From: an uncultured delta proteobacterium
Lineage (GTDB): Bacteria > Myxococcota_A > Polyangia > Polyangiales > Polyangiaceae
NCBI GenBank assembly: GCA_963782055.1
Contig: CAWAIF010000003.1
Span: forward strand, 6,336,001 to 6,400,000
DNA length: 64,000 bases
Direction of reading: 5' to 3'
A program made the position numbers and the translations under genes. The notes below the pieces were generated by a model. That model did no database searches and was not told the origin of the DNA. It saw only the letters and a program-made list of their open reading frames with translations. This document shows, piece by piece, positions 39,040 through 47,619 of the stretch. How positions within the stretch are numbered: the stretch's first letter is position 1; each line of letters starts with the position of its first letter.

Positions 39040-40362
39040 TCAGAGCAGGCAGCCGGTCGCCCACTTGAGGGCGTTGGTCGTCAGCTTCACCGTGTTGGTG
39101 TCGTTCACCCAGGTGGTGTTGCTGCTGTAGTTGGCCGCGTGGGTGACGTAGACGAGGCGCCCGCCGGGGCTGTCGCGCACCACCACGCCCGCGCCGCCGC
39201 AGAGGCTGTTGGTCGCGATCTGCGTGCCGTTGTTCATGATGGTGCCGATGGAGCAGCCCATGCTCGACGTCGTCGTGAACGCCGTGTTCAGCCCCGTCCA
39301 GATCGGGTGGTTCTGCTGCGTGAGGGTGAAGGTGATCGTGCCGGTGCTGCCGCTCGTGTACTGGTACAGGTTCAGGCTCTTCAGCGTGGCCCAGCGGCCG
39401 TTGTACGGGTGGTAGCCGCCCCAGTCGGTGATGACGACGCCCGTGCCGTTCGCCTGCGCGTTGACGATGGCCTGCTGCCCGGCGAGCGGCATGTCGGTCG
39501 AGTAGTCGTCGCCGACCATGATCATGACGACCTGGAAGCTGCTCGCCGCCGGCGTGCCGGCGTAGTTGATCGCGCCGTCGTCGACGGCCTGCGCGGTGAG
39601 CCCGGCGTTGTTGGCCGCGGTGACGAAGGCCGCGGTCGTCGCCGTGTGGCTGTCGCTCAGGATCAGCACCGAGGTGTTGCACGCGGTGCACGTGCCGTTG
39701 ACGCAGTACGGCGTGTTGCCGGAGCAGGTGGTGCCGCACGTCTTGCAGTTGTTCGCGTCGTTCAGGGTGTTGGTGCAGGTGCCGTTGCAGTTGGTCTCGC
39801 CCGCCCCGCAGCACTTGCCCGCCGAGCAGACCTCGCCGTTCTGCGTGTCGCACGCGGTGTTGCAGTCGCCGCAGTGATCGGGGTCGGTCTGCGCGTCGAC
39901 GCACGCGCCGTTGCAGGCGAGCAGCTTGCCGCAGTCGAGCACGCACCCGCTGTTGACGCACGACCAGGTGCCGCTCACGCCGCCGTCCACCCCGGCGTCG
40001 TCGCCGGCGGTGCAGTCGGTGGCGCAGCTCCCGCAGTGCTTCACGTCCTTGGTGGTGTCGACGCACTCCGAGCCGCAGGTCTGGGCGTTGATGCCGCACT
40101 GGCAGTTGCCGAGCACGCACGTCGCCCCGGAGGAGCAGGCGTTGCCGCACTTGCCGCAGTTGGCGCTGTCCTTCTTCAGGTCGACGCACTGGTCGCCGCA
40201 GGTCGCGTTGCACGACGCCTCCGCCTCGCCGCCGCCGCCGTCGTCGGTCACGCCGCCGTCGCCGCCCTGGGGGTTGTCCTGGGCGACGAGGCCGGTGGCG
40301 CACGCCGCCGCAGCCACCATCAACCCTGAGGCAAGAAAGCTCGTCCAGCCGAAAGCACGCAT
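39040..40362 (-). CDS. MXAN_6577/Stig1-like Cys-rich repeat lipoprotein with C-terminal GATase/ThuA-like alpha/beta domain
   Basis: AAAAC lipobox; four D..(N/H)C..C repeats; C-domain with HPIWTG, GGRLVYV, LTTNALKW. Confidence 0.75.
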   Translation of the reverse strand: MRAFGWTSFLASGLMVAAAACATGLVAQDNPQGGDGGVTDDGGGGEAEASCNATCGDQCVDLKKDSANCGKCGNACSSGATCVLGNCQCGINAQTCGSECVDTTKDVKHCGSCATDCTAGDDAGVDGGVSGTWSCVNSGCVLDCGKLLACNGACVDAQTDPDHCGDCNTACDTQNGEVCSAGKCCGAGETNCNGTCTNTLNDANNCKTCGTTCSGNTPYCVNGTCTACNTSVLILSDSHTATTAAFVTAANNAGLTAQAVDDGAINYAGTPAASSFQVVMIMVGDDYSTDMPLAGQQAIVNAQANGTGVVITDWGGYHPYNGRWATLKSLNLYQYTSGSTGTITFTLTQQNHPIWTGLNTAFTTTSSMGCSIGTIMNNGTQIATNSLCGGAGVVVRDSPGGRLVYVTHAANYSSNTTWVNDTNTVKLTTNALKWATGCLL

Positions 40363-40450
40363 TGGGCCATGATACGGCAAATTCGCGACAATCTTCCCCC
40401 TCGCGGCGGCCGGCGAGCCCGCGTGGCCAGGGCGTGTAGACTACCGGTCG

Positions 40451-41035
40451 GTGCACCACCTCGATCTGGCCATTTTTCGGGCGATCTACGCGGGGCCGGG
40501 GGCCCACGGGGCGCTGTTCATCCTGATGGTCGGGCTGACCATCGTCGGGAGCGGCTGGACGATGCTCCCTCTCCTCGGACTGGTCGCCCTGCCCCGCACG
40601 CGCCGCTTCGCCGCCTGGCTGATCGGCGCGCTGCTGGTGACGGCGCTCGCGGTGGTGGCCCTCAAGGCGGGCTTCGGGCGGGTGCGGCCGTGCGGGTGCG
40701 TGCCCGGCGTGGCGTGCCTGTTCGGGCACGCGCCGACCGATCCCTCCTTTCCGAGCGGCCACGCGGCGGGCGCCTTCACCCTCGCGGCGTTCGTCATCGC
40801 GCGGTGGCGCGGGTACACGGCGCACCCCGTGGCCTGGCGGGTGCTCGGGACGATCGGTCTGGTGGCGGCGGCCGCGGGGATCGCGCTCTCGCGCGTGTAC
40901 CTCGGGGTTCACTTCCCGGGCGACGTGGCGGCGGGCGCGGCGGTCGGCACGACGATCGGGACGCTGGTCGCGGGCGCCTCGGTCCGGCGGGGCGCGACGA
41001 CCCCCGCGTCCACGACCTCCGACATGGCGTCCTAG
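40451..41035 (+). CDS. PAP2-family phosphatase
   Basis: K..FGRVRP, SFPSGHA, SRVYLGVHFPGDV. Confidence 0.9.
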   Translation: MHHLDLAIFRAIYAGPGAHGALFILMVGLTIVGSGWTMLPLLGLVALPRTRRFAAWLIGALLVTALAVVALKAGFGRVRPCGCVPGVACLFGHAPTDPSFPSGHAAGAFTLAAFVIARWRGYTAHPVAWRVLGTIGLVAAAAGIALSRVYLGVHFPGDVAAGAAVGTTIGTLVAGASVRRGATTPASTTSDMAS

Positions 41036-41078
41036 TGCGTTTGCGGCTAGTATTCATTTGAACGAAGCGCCAGCGGAC

Positions 41079-42513
41079 CATGCCCGATCTCTTAAGCACC
41101 GATCGCCCCAAGTTTGAGGGCGATTCGTTTCCTGGAGCGTGAAGGTTGTCGTTCGCGTGCCAGAGCGACGAGTGCCGCGCCCACGGTGGTCACGACGGCA
41201 GTCCACGCGGCGGTGCTCAGGGAGACGAGGGCGTCGACCAGGTCCCGCGCGTAGGCGCGCACGACGTGCAACGTCGCCAGGGGGCGCAGTTGCTCGAGAG
41301 GGACGTCGCGCGCGAGTGCAGCCTGGATCCTGACCGAGCGCACGAGCGCGTGGGCGAGCATCGCGCCGTAGGTGAGCGCCTTGATCGCGTGGGGATCGGC
41401 GGTGAAGGAGCGGCCGAGGTCGGCGGTCTGCTTCAGCTCGCGAAAGAGCAGCTCGATCAGCCAGCGGAGTCGGTAGGTCTGGATGATCTGCCGTGGCGAG
41501 AGCACGCTGCGCGGCACGGTGGTCAGGTACCAGCGGATGACGGTCGACTTGTGCGCGAGTCCCACGAGCCGCAATGCGACGGTGTCCTTGCCCTTGCCCC
41601 ACGTCACGTCGAGGTCGAAGATCGTCCCGCGCTTGCGCGACACGCTCTGCAGGTAGTAGCCAAGCGACCAGTTGTGGAGCGGGGTGTGGCCGTTCTCCGA
41701 GATGTGCGCGGTCACGCGTACCTTCGCCGTGGTCTTGAGGCGCATCAGCACGTGCGCGCCGGCAGCCTTCGCCTGCGTGAACAGAGCGCGCTCGAAAAAG
41801 CCGAGGTCGAAGAGGTAGAGCACCCCGCGCGTGAAGCTCGGGACCAGCTTCCGCCACAGCGGCGTCTCCGACGCGGTCTCCGCGTCGGAGACGCCGTGCT
41901 CGAGCAGGCCGGTCTTGATGCTGTAGCCCATCACCCACTTGGTGCCGGCCTTGCCCTTGGTGCATCCCGGCAGCAGCTCGCGCCCGCGCGGTGGCACGCG
42001 CTGCCCCGTACCGTCGTAGACCCGCACGTCCTCGAAGCGGGCGAGCGGCCCGCTCAGCTCCAGGCCCGCCGCCTTCGTCACTGACGCCACGAGGTGCTCG
42101 AGCGCCGCGCGGAAGAACGCCGCCGCCGACTCCTGCTTGAACCGCTTCTGGAACGGGCACGGGCGCATGAAGCCGAAGCGCCTCACGAAGATCGCCCGCA
42201 GCGACTCGAACGACAGCGTCTGGCCCGCGAGGAACCCCTCGACGACCGTGAGCACCAGGCGGAACGCGGTGGCGCGCCGCTGCCGCGGGTTGTAGCCGGT
42301 GCGGCCCCGAAGCTCGTCGATGAGCGCCGGCGTGAAAGCTGCTCCTCCACCGCGCTCGCCTCTTCGCTCGGGTCTGGACGGCTGCTCGTGGCTCGGGTAG
42401 CTCTCGTCGTCATCGGGCGTCCTCTCCTTGTTGGTGTCGCAACCGAACAACGAGAAAGGCGCCCGATTTATTTCCATCATTCCGCCACGTTATGTCCAAA
42501 GGATCTGGCCATG
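41079..42513 (-). mobile_element. Complete IS4-family insertion sequence (1435 bp)
   Basis: Imperfect terminal IRs CATGCCCGATCTCTT / CATGGCCAGATCCTT; exact 10-bp direct repeats GCCAGCGGAC at 41069-41078 and 42514-42523. Confidence 0.9.
41092..42413 (-). CDS. IS4-family DDE transposase; apparent -1 frameshift near 42336
   Basis: YDGTG, FDLGF, YRLRWLIELLFRELK (YREK motif). The ATG 42413 with AAGGAG RBS is out of frame with the body; the alternative in-frame ATG is 42480. Confidence 0.85.
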
Positions 42514-42698
42514 GCCAGCGGACTCCTTCCGCACCCGTAGTTGGGTACGGGCGAGGAAGCGTACTCTGCACGGCCCGCTTCACCGGGCGCGGGTGCGCCG
42601 CGGCGCTTCTCGGAAAGACCCAGTCGCTCGCGCCCGCCGACCCCGGCAACTTGGTTGACCACCCTGAGCCGTTCTGGCGACTTGCTGCTGGCGATGCC

Positions 42699-42806
42699 GT
42701 GCAGTTGCTGACACCCATCGGCTGTCAGAGGTTGCACAACCTGGCACGCCGACCGCGCGCGATCCGCCCTGAAATCGCGGGGCGATCCCGTGGCATCGGA
42801 CGTGCA
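42699..42806 (+). promoter_or_regulatory. Putative sigma54 promoter with upstream activator sites for the cytochrome c gene
   Basis: TGGCATCGGACGTGCA (GG 42792-93, GC 42804-05); dyad GTGCA..CTGACA-N9-TGTCAG..TGCAC at 42699-42737. Confidence 0.55.
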
Positions 42807-42819
42807 GGCAATCGGGGGG

Positions 42820-44745
42820 ATGGATGAGCGTCGCTGCACGCCGGTGGTCCTGGTGGTCGGTCTGCTCTGCGCGCTGGCCGGGGCGCTCGGGTGTCGGTCG
42901 AGCAGCGTCTTCCCCGACCCGGACGACGCCGGGTGGAACGGCGACGGCGGAGGCTCGCCGCTGCCCGCGGACGGCGGCTTTCCCCCTCCGGTGGGCACCC
43001 TCTTCGGCGGCGCGGCCGTGCAGGCGGACGCGCCGCCGCCGCCCCTCTCCGGCGGGTCCCTCCTGGTCGTTCACAGCCCCGAGCTCGGGCGGCTCGCGGT
43101 CGCGTCCGACCCGGACGAGGACAAGGTGGACGTGGTCGCGCTGGACCCGACCGCGCAGGACGCCGGCGACGCGGGGTCGGTGCTCGGCACCGTCGCGCTG
43201 CAGCCGGGTGACGAGCCCGGGCGCCTCGTCGCCGACGCCGCGGGGCACGTGCACGTCGCGCTCCGCCGCGGCGGCGCGGTCGTCACGATCGACCCGGCGA
43301 CGCAGACGCTGCTCGCCCGCACGCCCGTGTGTCCCGCGCCCCGCGGGCTCGACTACGACCCGCAGACCGACTCGGTCATCGTCGCGTGCGCGACGGGCGA
43401 GCTCGTCACGCTCCCGGCGGCGGGCGGCGCGCCCACCCGCGTGGTCCGCCTCGACCGCGATCTGCGCGACGTGATCGTCGACGGAGACAAGTTGTATGTT
43501 ACACGCTTCCGCAGCGCCGAGGTCCTCACGCTCGACGCGAGCGGTGCCGTCGTCGCGCGCACGAGGCCCGCGCCCTCGCCCGGCTTCTCGCCCGACGTCG
43601 CCTGGCGCGCCGTGCGCACCCCGGACGATCGCATCGCCATGCTGCACCAGCTCGCGTCGGACGGTCCGATCGACGTGGCGGTGCCCAACGCGTACGGGGG
43701 CGCCGGTGCGCCGGACGCCGGGAAGACCCCGGGCGTCGTCCTGCCGGAGGTGACCTTCTTCACGAAGGGCGTCTCCGGCCCGCAGACGCTCGCCTTCGCC
43801 AAGGGCCCGGTGATCGACGTCGCCGCCACCGCGGACGGGCGTCTGCTCCTCGTCCCGGTGCGGAGCGCCGCGATGCTCATCGTGCAGGCGGACGGGACGC
43901 TCTCCGGCACCGGCCTCGTCCCGGCGCACGCGGGCGGTGGGAGCCCGGCGCTGCCGAGCGCGGTCGTCGCGGTGGCGTTCGCGCCGGCGGACGGGACGCA
44001 CGGAGACGCGGTGGTCCTGCAGCAGCGCGATCCGGCCGCGCTCCTGGTTGCGCCCCTCCGGACGTCCGACGTGGGCCCCTACGAGTCCATCCCCCTTCCC
44101 CAGGCGAAGGCGCACCTCGACACCGGCTTCGCCGTGTTCCACCAGCCGGTGGGCGCCGGCCTGGCGTGTATCAGCTGCCACGCGGAGGGCGGCGACGACG
44201 GGCACGTCTGGCACTTCGTCGAGAAGGGCGAGGCGCACGCCCGCCGGACGCAGTCGCTCCGCGGCGGCGTCGTCGCGGGGAGCGCGCCGTACCACTGGGA
44301 CGGCAACGAGGCGGACCTCTCGGCGCTCGCCGGCGACGTCCTCACCACGCGCATGGGCGCCATGGCCAAGCTGACGAACGCCCAGCTCGGCGTCGTCGCG
44401 CGCTGGCTGGGCGCCATCCCCCGCATCCCCGCGCGGACCGACCTCGCCCCGGACGAGGTCGCCGCCGGCAAGGCCATCTTCGAGGGCACCGGCGGGTGCG
44501 TCGCGTGCCACAACGGCCCGAAGGGAACGCTCCCCGGCAACGTCGACGTCGGCCGCGAAGCGCCGCTCCAGGTCCCGATGCTCCTCGGCGTCGGCGACCG
44601 AGCCCCCTACATGCACGACGGCTGCGCGAAGACGCTCATGGACCGCCTCACCGACACGTCCTGCGCCGGCTCCCTCCACGGCGACACCAAGTCCCTCACG
44701 GCCACCGACCGGGAGGACCTGGTCGCCTATCTCGAGTCCCTCTGA
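42820..44745 (+). CDS. Beta-propeller plus di-heme cytochrome c (CCP/MauG-like) lipoprotein
   Basis: ALGC lipobox; YVTN-like blades; CISCH and CVACH heme motifs; PYHWDG, APYMHDG. Confidence 0.82.
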   Translation: MDERRCTPVVLVVGLLCALAGALGCRSSSVFPDPDDAGWNGDGGGSPLPADGGFPPPVGTLFGGAAVQADAPPPPLSGGSLLVVHSPELGRLAVASDPDEDKVDVVALDPTAQDAGDAGSVLGTVALQPGDEPGRLVADAAGHVHVALRRGGAVVTIDPATQTLLARTPVCPAPRGLDYDPQTDSVIVACATGELVTLPAAGGAPTRVVRLDRDLRDVIVDGDKLYVTRFRSAEVLTLDASGAVVARTRPAPSPGFSPDVAWRAVRTPDDRIAMLHQLASDGPIDVAVPNAYGGAGAPDAGKTPGVVLPEVTFFTKGVSGPQTLAFAKGPVIDVAATADGRLLLVPVRSAAMLIVQADGTLSGTGLVPAHAGGGSPALPSAVVAVAFAPADGTHGDAVVLQQRDPAALLVAPLRTSDVGPYESIPLPQAKAHLDTGFAVFHQPVGAGLACISCHAEGGDDGHVWHFVEKGEAHARRTQSLRGGVVAGSAPYHWDGNEADLSALAGDVLTTRMGAMAKLTNAQLGVVARWLGAIPRIPARTDLAPDEVAAGKAIFEGTGGCVACHNGPKGTLPGNVDVGREAPLQVPMLLGVGDRAPYMHDGCAKTLMDRLTDTSCAGSLHGDTKSLTATDREDLVAYLESL

Positions 44746-44852
44746 GTCAGCGTTCGCGAATCACGACCGCCCCGCGCCTGAGCTCGAACGCCGGCCCCCG
44801 ATGACGCTCGGGCTTGCGCCGGGGGCCCCATACCATCCACCATGCCCGTCGC

Positions 44853-45245
44853 ATGCGGTCCCGGCCCATCCACGCGCTGCGCCTCGCGCTCTCGGTCGCC
44901 CTCGCGGCCGTGTGCTGGCTGGTCGCCGGGTCCGCCCACGCCGCCGCGCCGCAGTGCGACGAGCGCGGGGCGATCACCTTCGCCCCCAACCCCACGCTCC
45001 AGGAGCCGAACGCTTCGGTGGAGACGTCGGTCGATTGCCAGACTCCCTCGCTCCCCACGCAGGCCTACGAGCACGGCCGGTCGCAGGGTCCGGAGGGCAG
45101 CGCCGCCGCCGCGGTGCGGGCGCTGCCCGCCTCCCCGGTGCTCCTGACGCCCGCCCCCCTGCGCGCCGTGCTGCCGCCCCCGGCAGAGGTCTCACGTCCC
45201 CCGGCGGGCGTGTGCTCACGCGTCGAGCGCCCACCGCGCGCGTGA
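44853..45245 (+). CDS. Small secreted Pro-rich protein ending ERPPRA; candidate regulatory leader/arrest peptide
   Basis: Sec signal ending SAHA, mature AAPQCDERG...DC, Pro-rich tail, VERPPRA-stop. Confidence 0.65.
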   Translation: MRSRPIHALRLALSVALAAVCWLVAGSAHAAAPQCDERGAITFAPNPTLQEPNASVETSVDCQTPSLPTQAYEHGRSQGPEGSAAAAVRALPASPVLLTPAPLRAVLPPPAEVSRPPAGVCSRVERPPRA

Positions 45246-45489
45246 TCCGCCCCGGCTCACCGCCGGAGGCCCGAGTGTGACGCCCCGTTTCCTCGCTCCC
45301 GTCCGCGCCCGCGCGGTCGGAGCGAAGGCGCACCTGCCGGTGTGAGCGACAAGCGCCGGCCATGCGTCCGCCAGGGTGCGACCGCCGATCCGGCGGGCGC
45401 ATCGCCGCGGAGGCGTCGAGAGAGTGTGTCCGTGTCCCCGAGGCACGGGCATCGACGTTGTTGCTTGCTTCCAACCCAAGAGAGACATC

Positions 45490-47478
45490 ATGGCAAAGAA
45501 CGACAACAGGCCGCAGTTCGTGCCCCCCGATTCGGGCGGCATCAACACGGGCGTGGCCATCATCGGATTCATCTTCTGCTTCCTCGCCGGCGCCCTGCTC
45601 ATGTGGGGCTACGACGCCAAGCGCCTGCGCAACGGCGACATCAGCGCCGACACCGCGCAGGGGGTCGCCTGGGACGACAGCGACTCGCCCATCCCGATCA
45701 CCAGCAAGGACCCGATGTGGGGCAACCGCGACGCCCCCGTCACCATCGTCCATTTCTCCGACTTCCAGTGCCCCTTCTGCAGCAAGGTCGACGCGACCAT
45801 GCAGCAGATCAAGTCGACCTACGGTCCGGACAAGGTCCGCATCATCTGGAAGAACGAGCCGCTGCCCTTCCACCCGCACGCCAAGCCCACGGCCGAGGCG
45901 GCGATGGGCGTCTTCGCCCTCAAGGGCAACGACGCCTTCTGGAAGTTCCACGACCTCGCCTTCCACAACCAGTCGGCCCTCTCGCCCGAGCAGTGCGAGA
46001 AGTGGGCGAAGCAGGTCGGCGTCGACGTGAACAAGTTCAAGGCCGGCATGGAGGCGCACACCTGGCTCAAGAAGGTGGAGTCCGACCACGCCGAGGCGCA
46101 GAAGGTCGGCGTCAACGGCACGCCCGCCTCCTTCATCAACGGCGTCAGCGTCAGCGGCGCGCAGCCCTTCCCCAAGTTCAAGGCCGTCATCGACCAGGAG
46201 CTGCAGAAGGCGCAGGCGAAGATCGCCAGCGGCACGCCGAAGGACCACGTCTACGTGGTCATGTCCCAGGAGAACCACAAGAACGCGCCGCCCCCGGCCG
46301 ACCAGGAAGAGCAGGACGACAAGACCGTCTTCAAGCTCCCCATCGGCAAGGCGCCCGTCCGCGGCCCCGCCACGGCGCTCGTGACGATCGTCGAGTTTTC
46401 CGACTTCCAGTGCCCGTACTGCAAGCGCGTCGAGCCGACGCTCAAGGCGCTCAAGGACAAGTACGGCGACAAGATCCGCCTCGTCTGGAAGAACGAGCCG
46501 CTGCCGTTCCACCCGCGCGCCGAACCTGCCGCGGAGCTCGCCCTCGAGGCGCGCGCCGAGAAGGGTGACGCCGGCTTCTGGGCCGCGCACGACAAGCTCT
46601 TCGAGATGCAGCCCAAGCTGGAGGACTCCGACCTCCAGGGCGCCGCGCAGGCGCTGGGCCTGGACGTGGGCAAGGTGATGGATGCCATCAAGACCCACAA
46701 GTGGAAGCCCGTCCTCGCCGCGGACAGCGACGAGGCCGAGGACTTCCAGGCCTCCGGCACCCCGCACTTCTTCATCGACGGCCGCCGCCTCGTCGGCGCG
46801 CAGCCGCAGGACAAGTTCGAGAAGGTCATCGACGAGGAGATCAAGAAGGCGCAGGACCTCCTCGCCAAGGGCACCAAGCCGGACCAGCTCTACGCGGAGC
46901 TGACCAAGGACGGCAAGGGCCCGGCCGAGCCGGAGAAGAAGGACGTCCCCCTCTCCCCCAACGCCCCCGCGCGCGGGAACCTCAACGCCAAGGTCGTCGT
47001 CCAGGAGTTCTCCGACTTCGAGTGCCCGTACTGCAAGCGGGCCGAGGAGACGGTGAACGAGGTGATGAAGAACTACGGCACCAAGATCAAGTTCGTCTGG
47101 CGCAACATGCCGCTCCCCATGCACCCCGACGCGCCGCTCGCGGCCGAGGCGGCCATGGAGGCGTACCAGCAGAAGGGCGCCGGCGCGTTCTGGGCCATGC
47201 ACGACAAGCTCTTCGCGGGCCAGGGAACGCAGGACGGCCTCAAGCGTCCGGCGCTCGAGAAGTACGCGCAGGAGCTCGGGCTGGACATGGACAAGTTCAA
47301 GTCCTCGCTCGACAACCTCTCGCACAAGGCCGAGATCCTGGCCGACTCCAAGGCCGGCAACGCGGCGGGCATCAACGGCACGCCCGCGTTCGTCATCAAC
47401 GGCTACTTCATCAACGGCGCGCAGCCCTTCTCGAAGTTCCGCAAGGTCATCGAGAGGGCCCTGGCCGAAGCGAAGTGA
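45490..47478 (+). CDS. DsbA-family protein with three thioredoxin domains, N-terminal TM anchor
   Basis: DFQCPFC, DFQCPYC, DFECPYC, each followed by PLPxH and GTP.FFING-type motifs. Confidence 0.9.
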   Translation: MAKNDNRPQFVPPDSGGINTGVAIIGFIFCFLAGALLMWGYDAKRLRNGDISADTAQGVAWDDSDSPIPITSKDPMWGNRDAPVTIVHFSDFQCPFCSKVDATMQQIKSTYGPDKVRIIWKNEPLPFHPHAKPTAEAAMGVFALKGNDAFWKFHDLAFHNQSALSPEQCEKWAKQVGVDVNKFKAGMEAHTWLKKVESDHAEAQKVGVNGTPASFINGVSVSGAQPFPKFKAVIDQELQKAQAKIASGTPKDHVYVVMSQENHKNAPPPADQEEQDDKTVFKLPIGKAPVRGPATALVTIVEFSDFQCPYCKRVEPTLKALKDKYGDKIRLVWKNEPLPFHPRAEPAAELALEARAEKGDAGFWAAHDKLFEMQPKLEDSDLQGAAQALGLDVGKVMDAIKTHKWKPVLAADSDEAEDFQASGTPHFFIDGRRLVGAQPQDKFEKVIDEEIKKAQDLLAKGTKPDQLYAELTKDGKGPAEPEKKDVPLSPNAPARGNLNAKVVVQEFSDFECPYCKRAEETVNEVMKNYGTKIKFVWRNMPLPMHPDAPLAAEAAMEAYQQKGAGAFWAMHDKLFAGQGTQDGLKRPALEKYAQELGLDMDKFKSSLDNLSHKAEILADSKAGNAAGINGTPAFVINGYFINGAQPFSKFRKVIERALAEAK

Positions 47479-47532
47479 CCGCTTCTCCCCCCCTCCCTGC
47501 CAGTCAGGGGGGCGGGGTGAGAGAACCCGCGA

Positions 47533-47572
47533 GCCCCCGGCGTCCTCGAGACGCCGGGGGCCTCGTGTTTTT
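47533..47572 (+). terminator. Rho-independent terminator-like hairpin between the two DsbA genes
   Basis: GCCCCCGGCGTC-ctcga-GACGCCGGGGGC followed by GTGTTTTT. Confidence 0.7.
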
Positions 47573-47619
47573 GTGCTGCCATGAGACCTCCCGGGGCTTT
47601 TGCGCTAGAAGTCCTTGCC

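Noticed and set aside
41032..41068. CTAGTGCGTTTGCGGCTAGTATTCATTTG as the end of a second, older mobile element
   Set aside because: No matching opposite end or transposase remnant found by eye.
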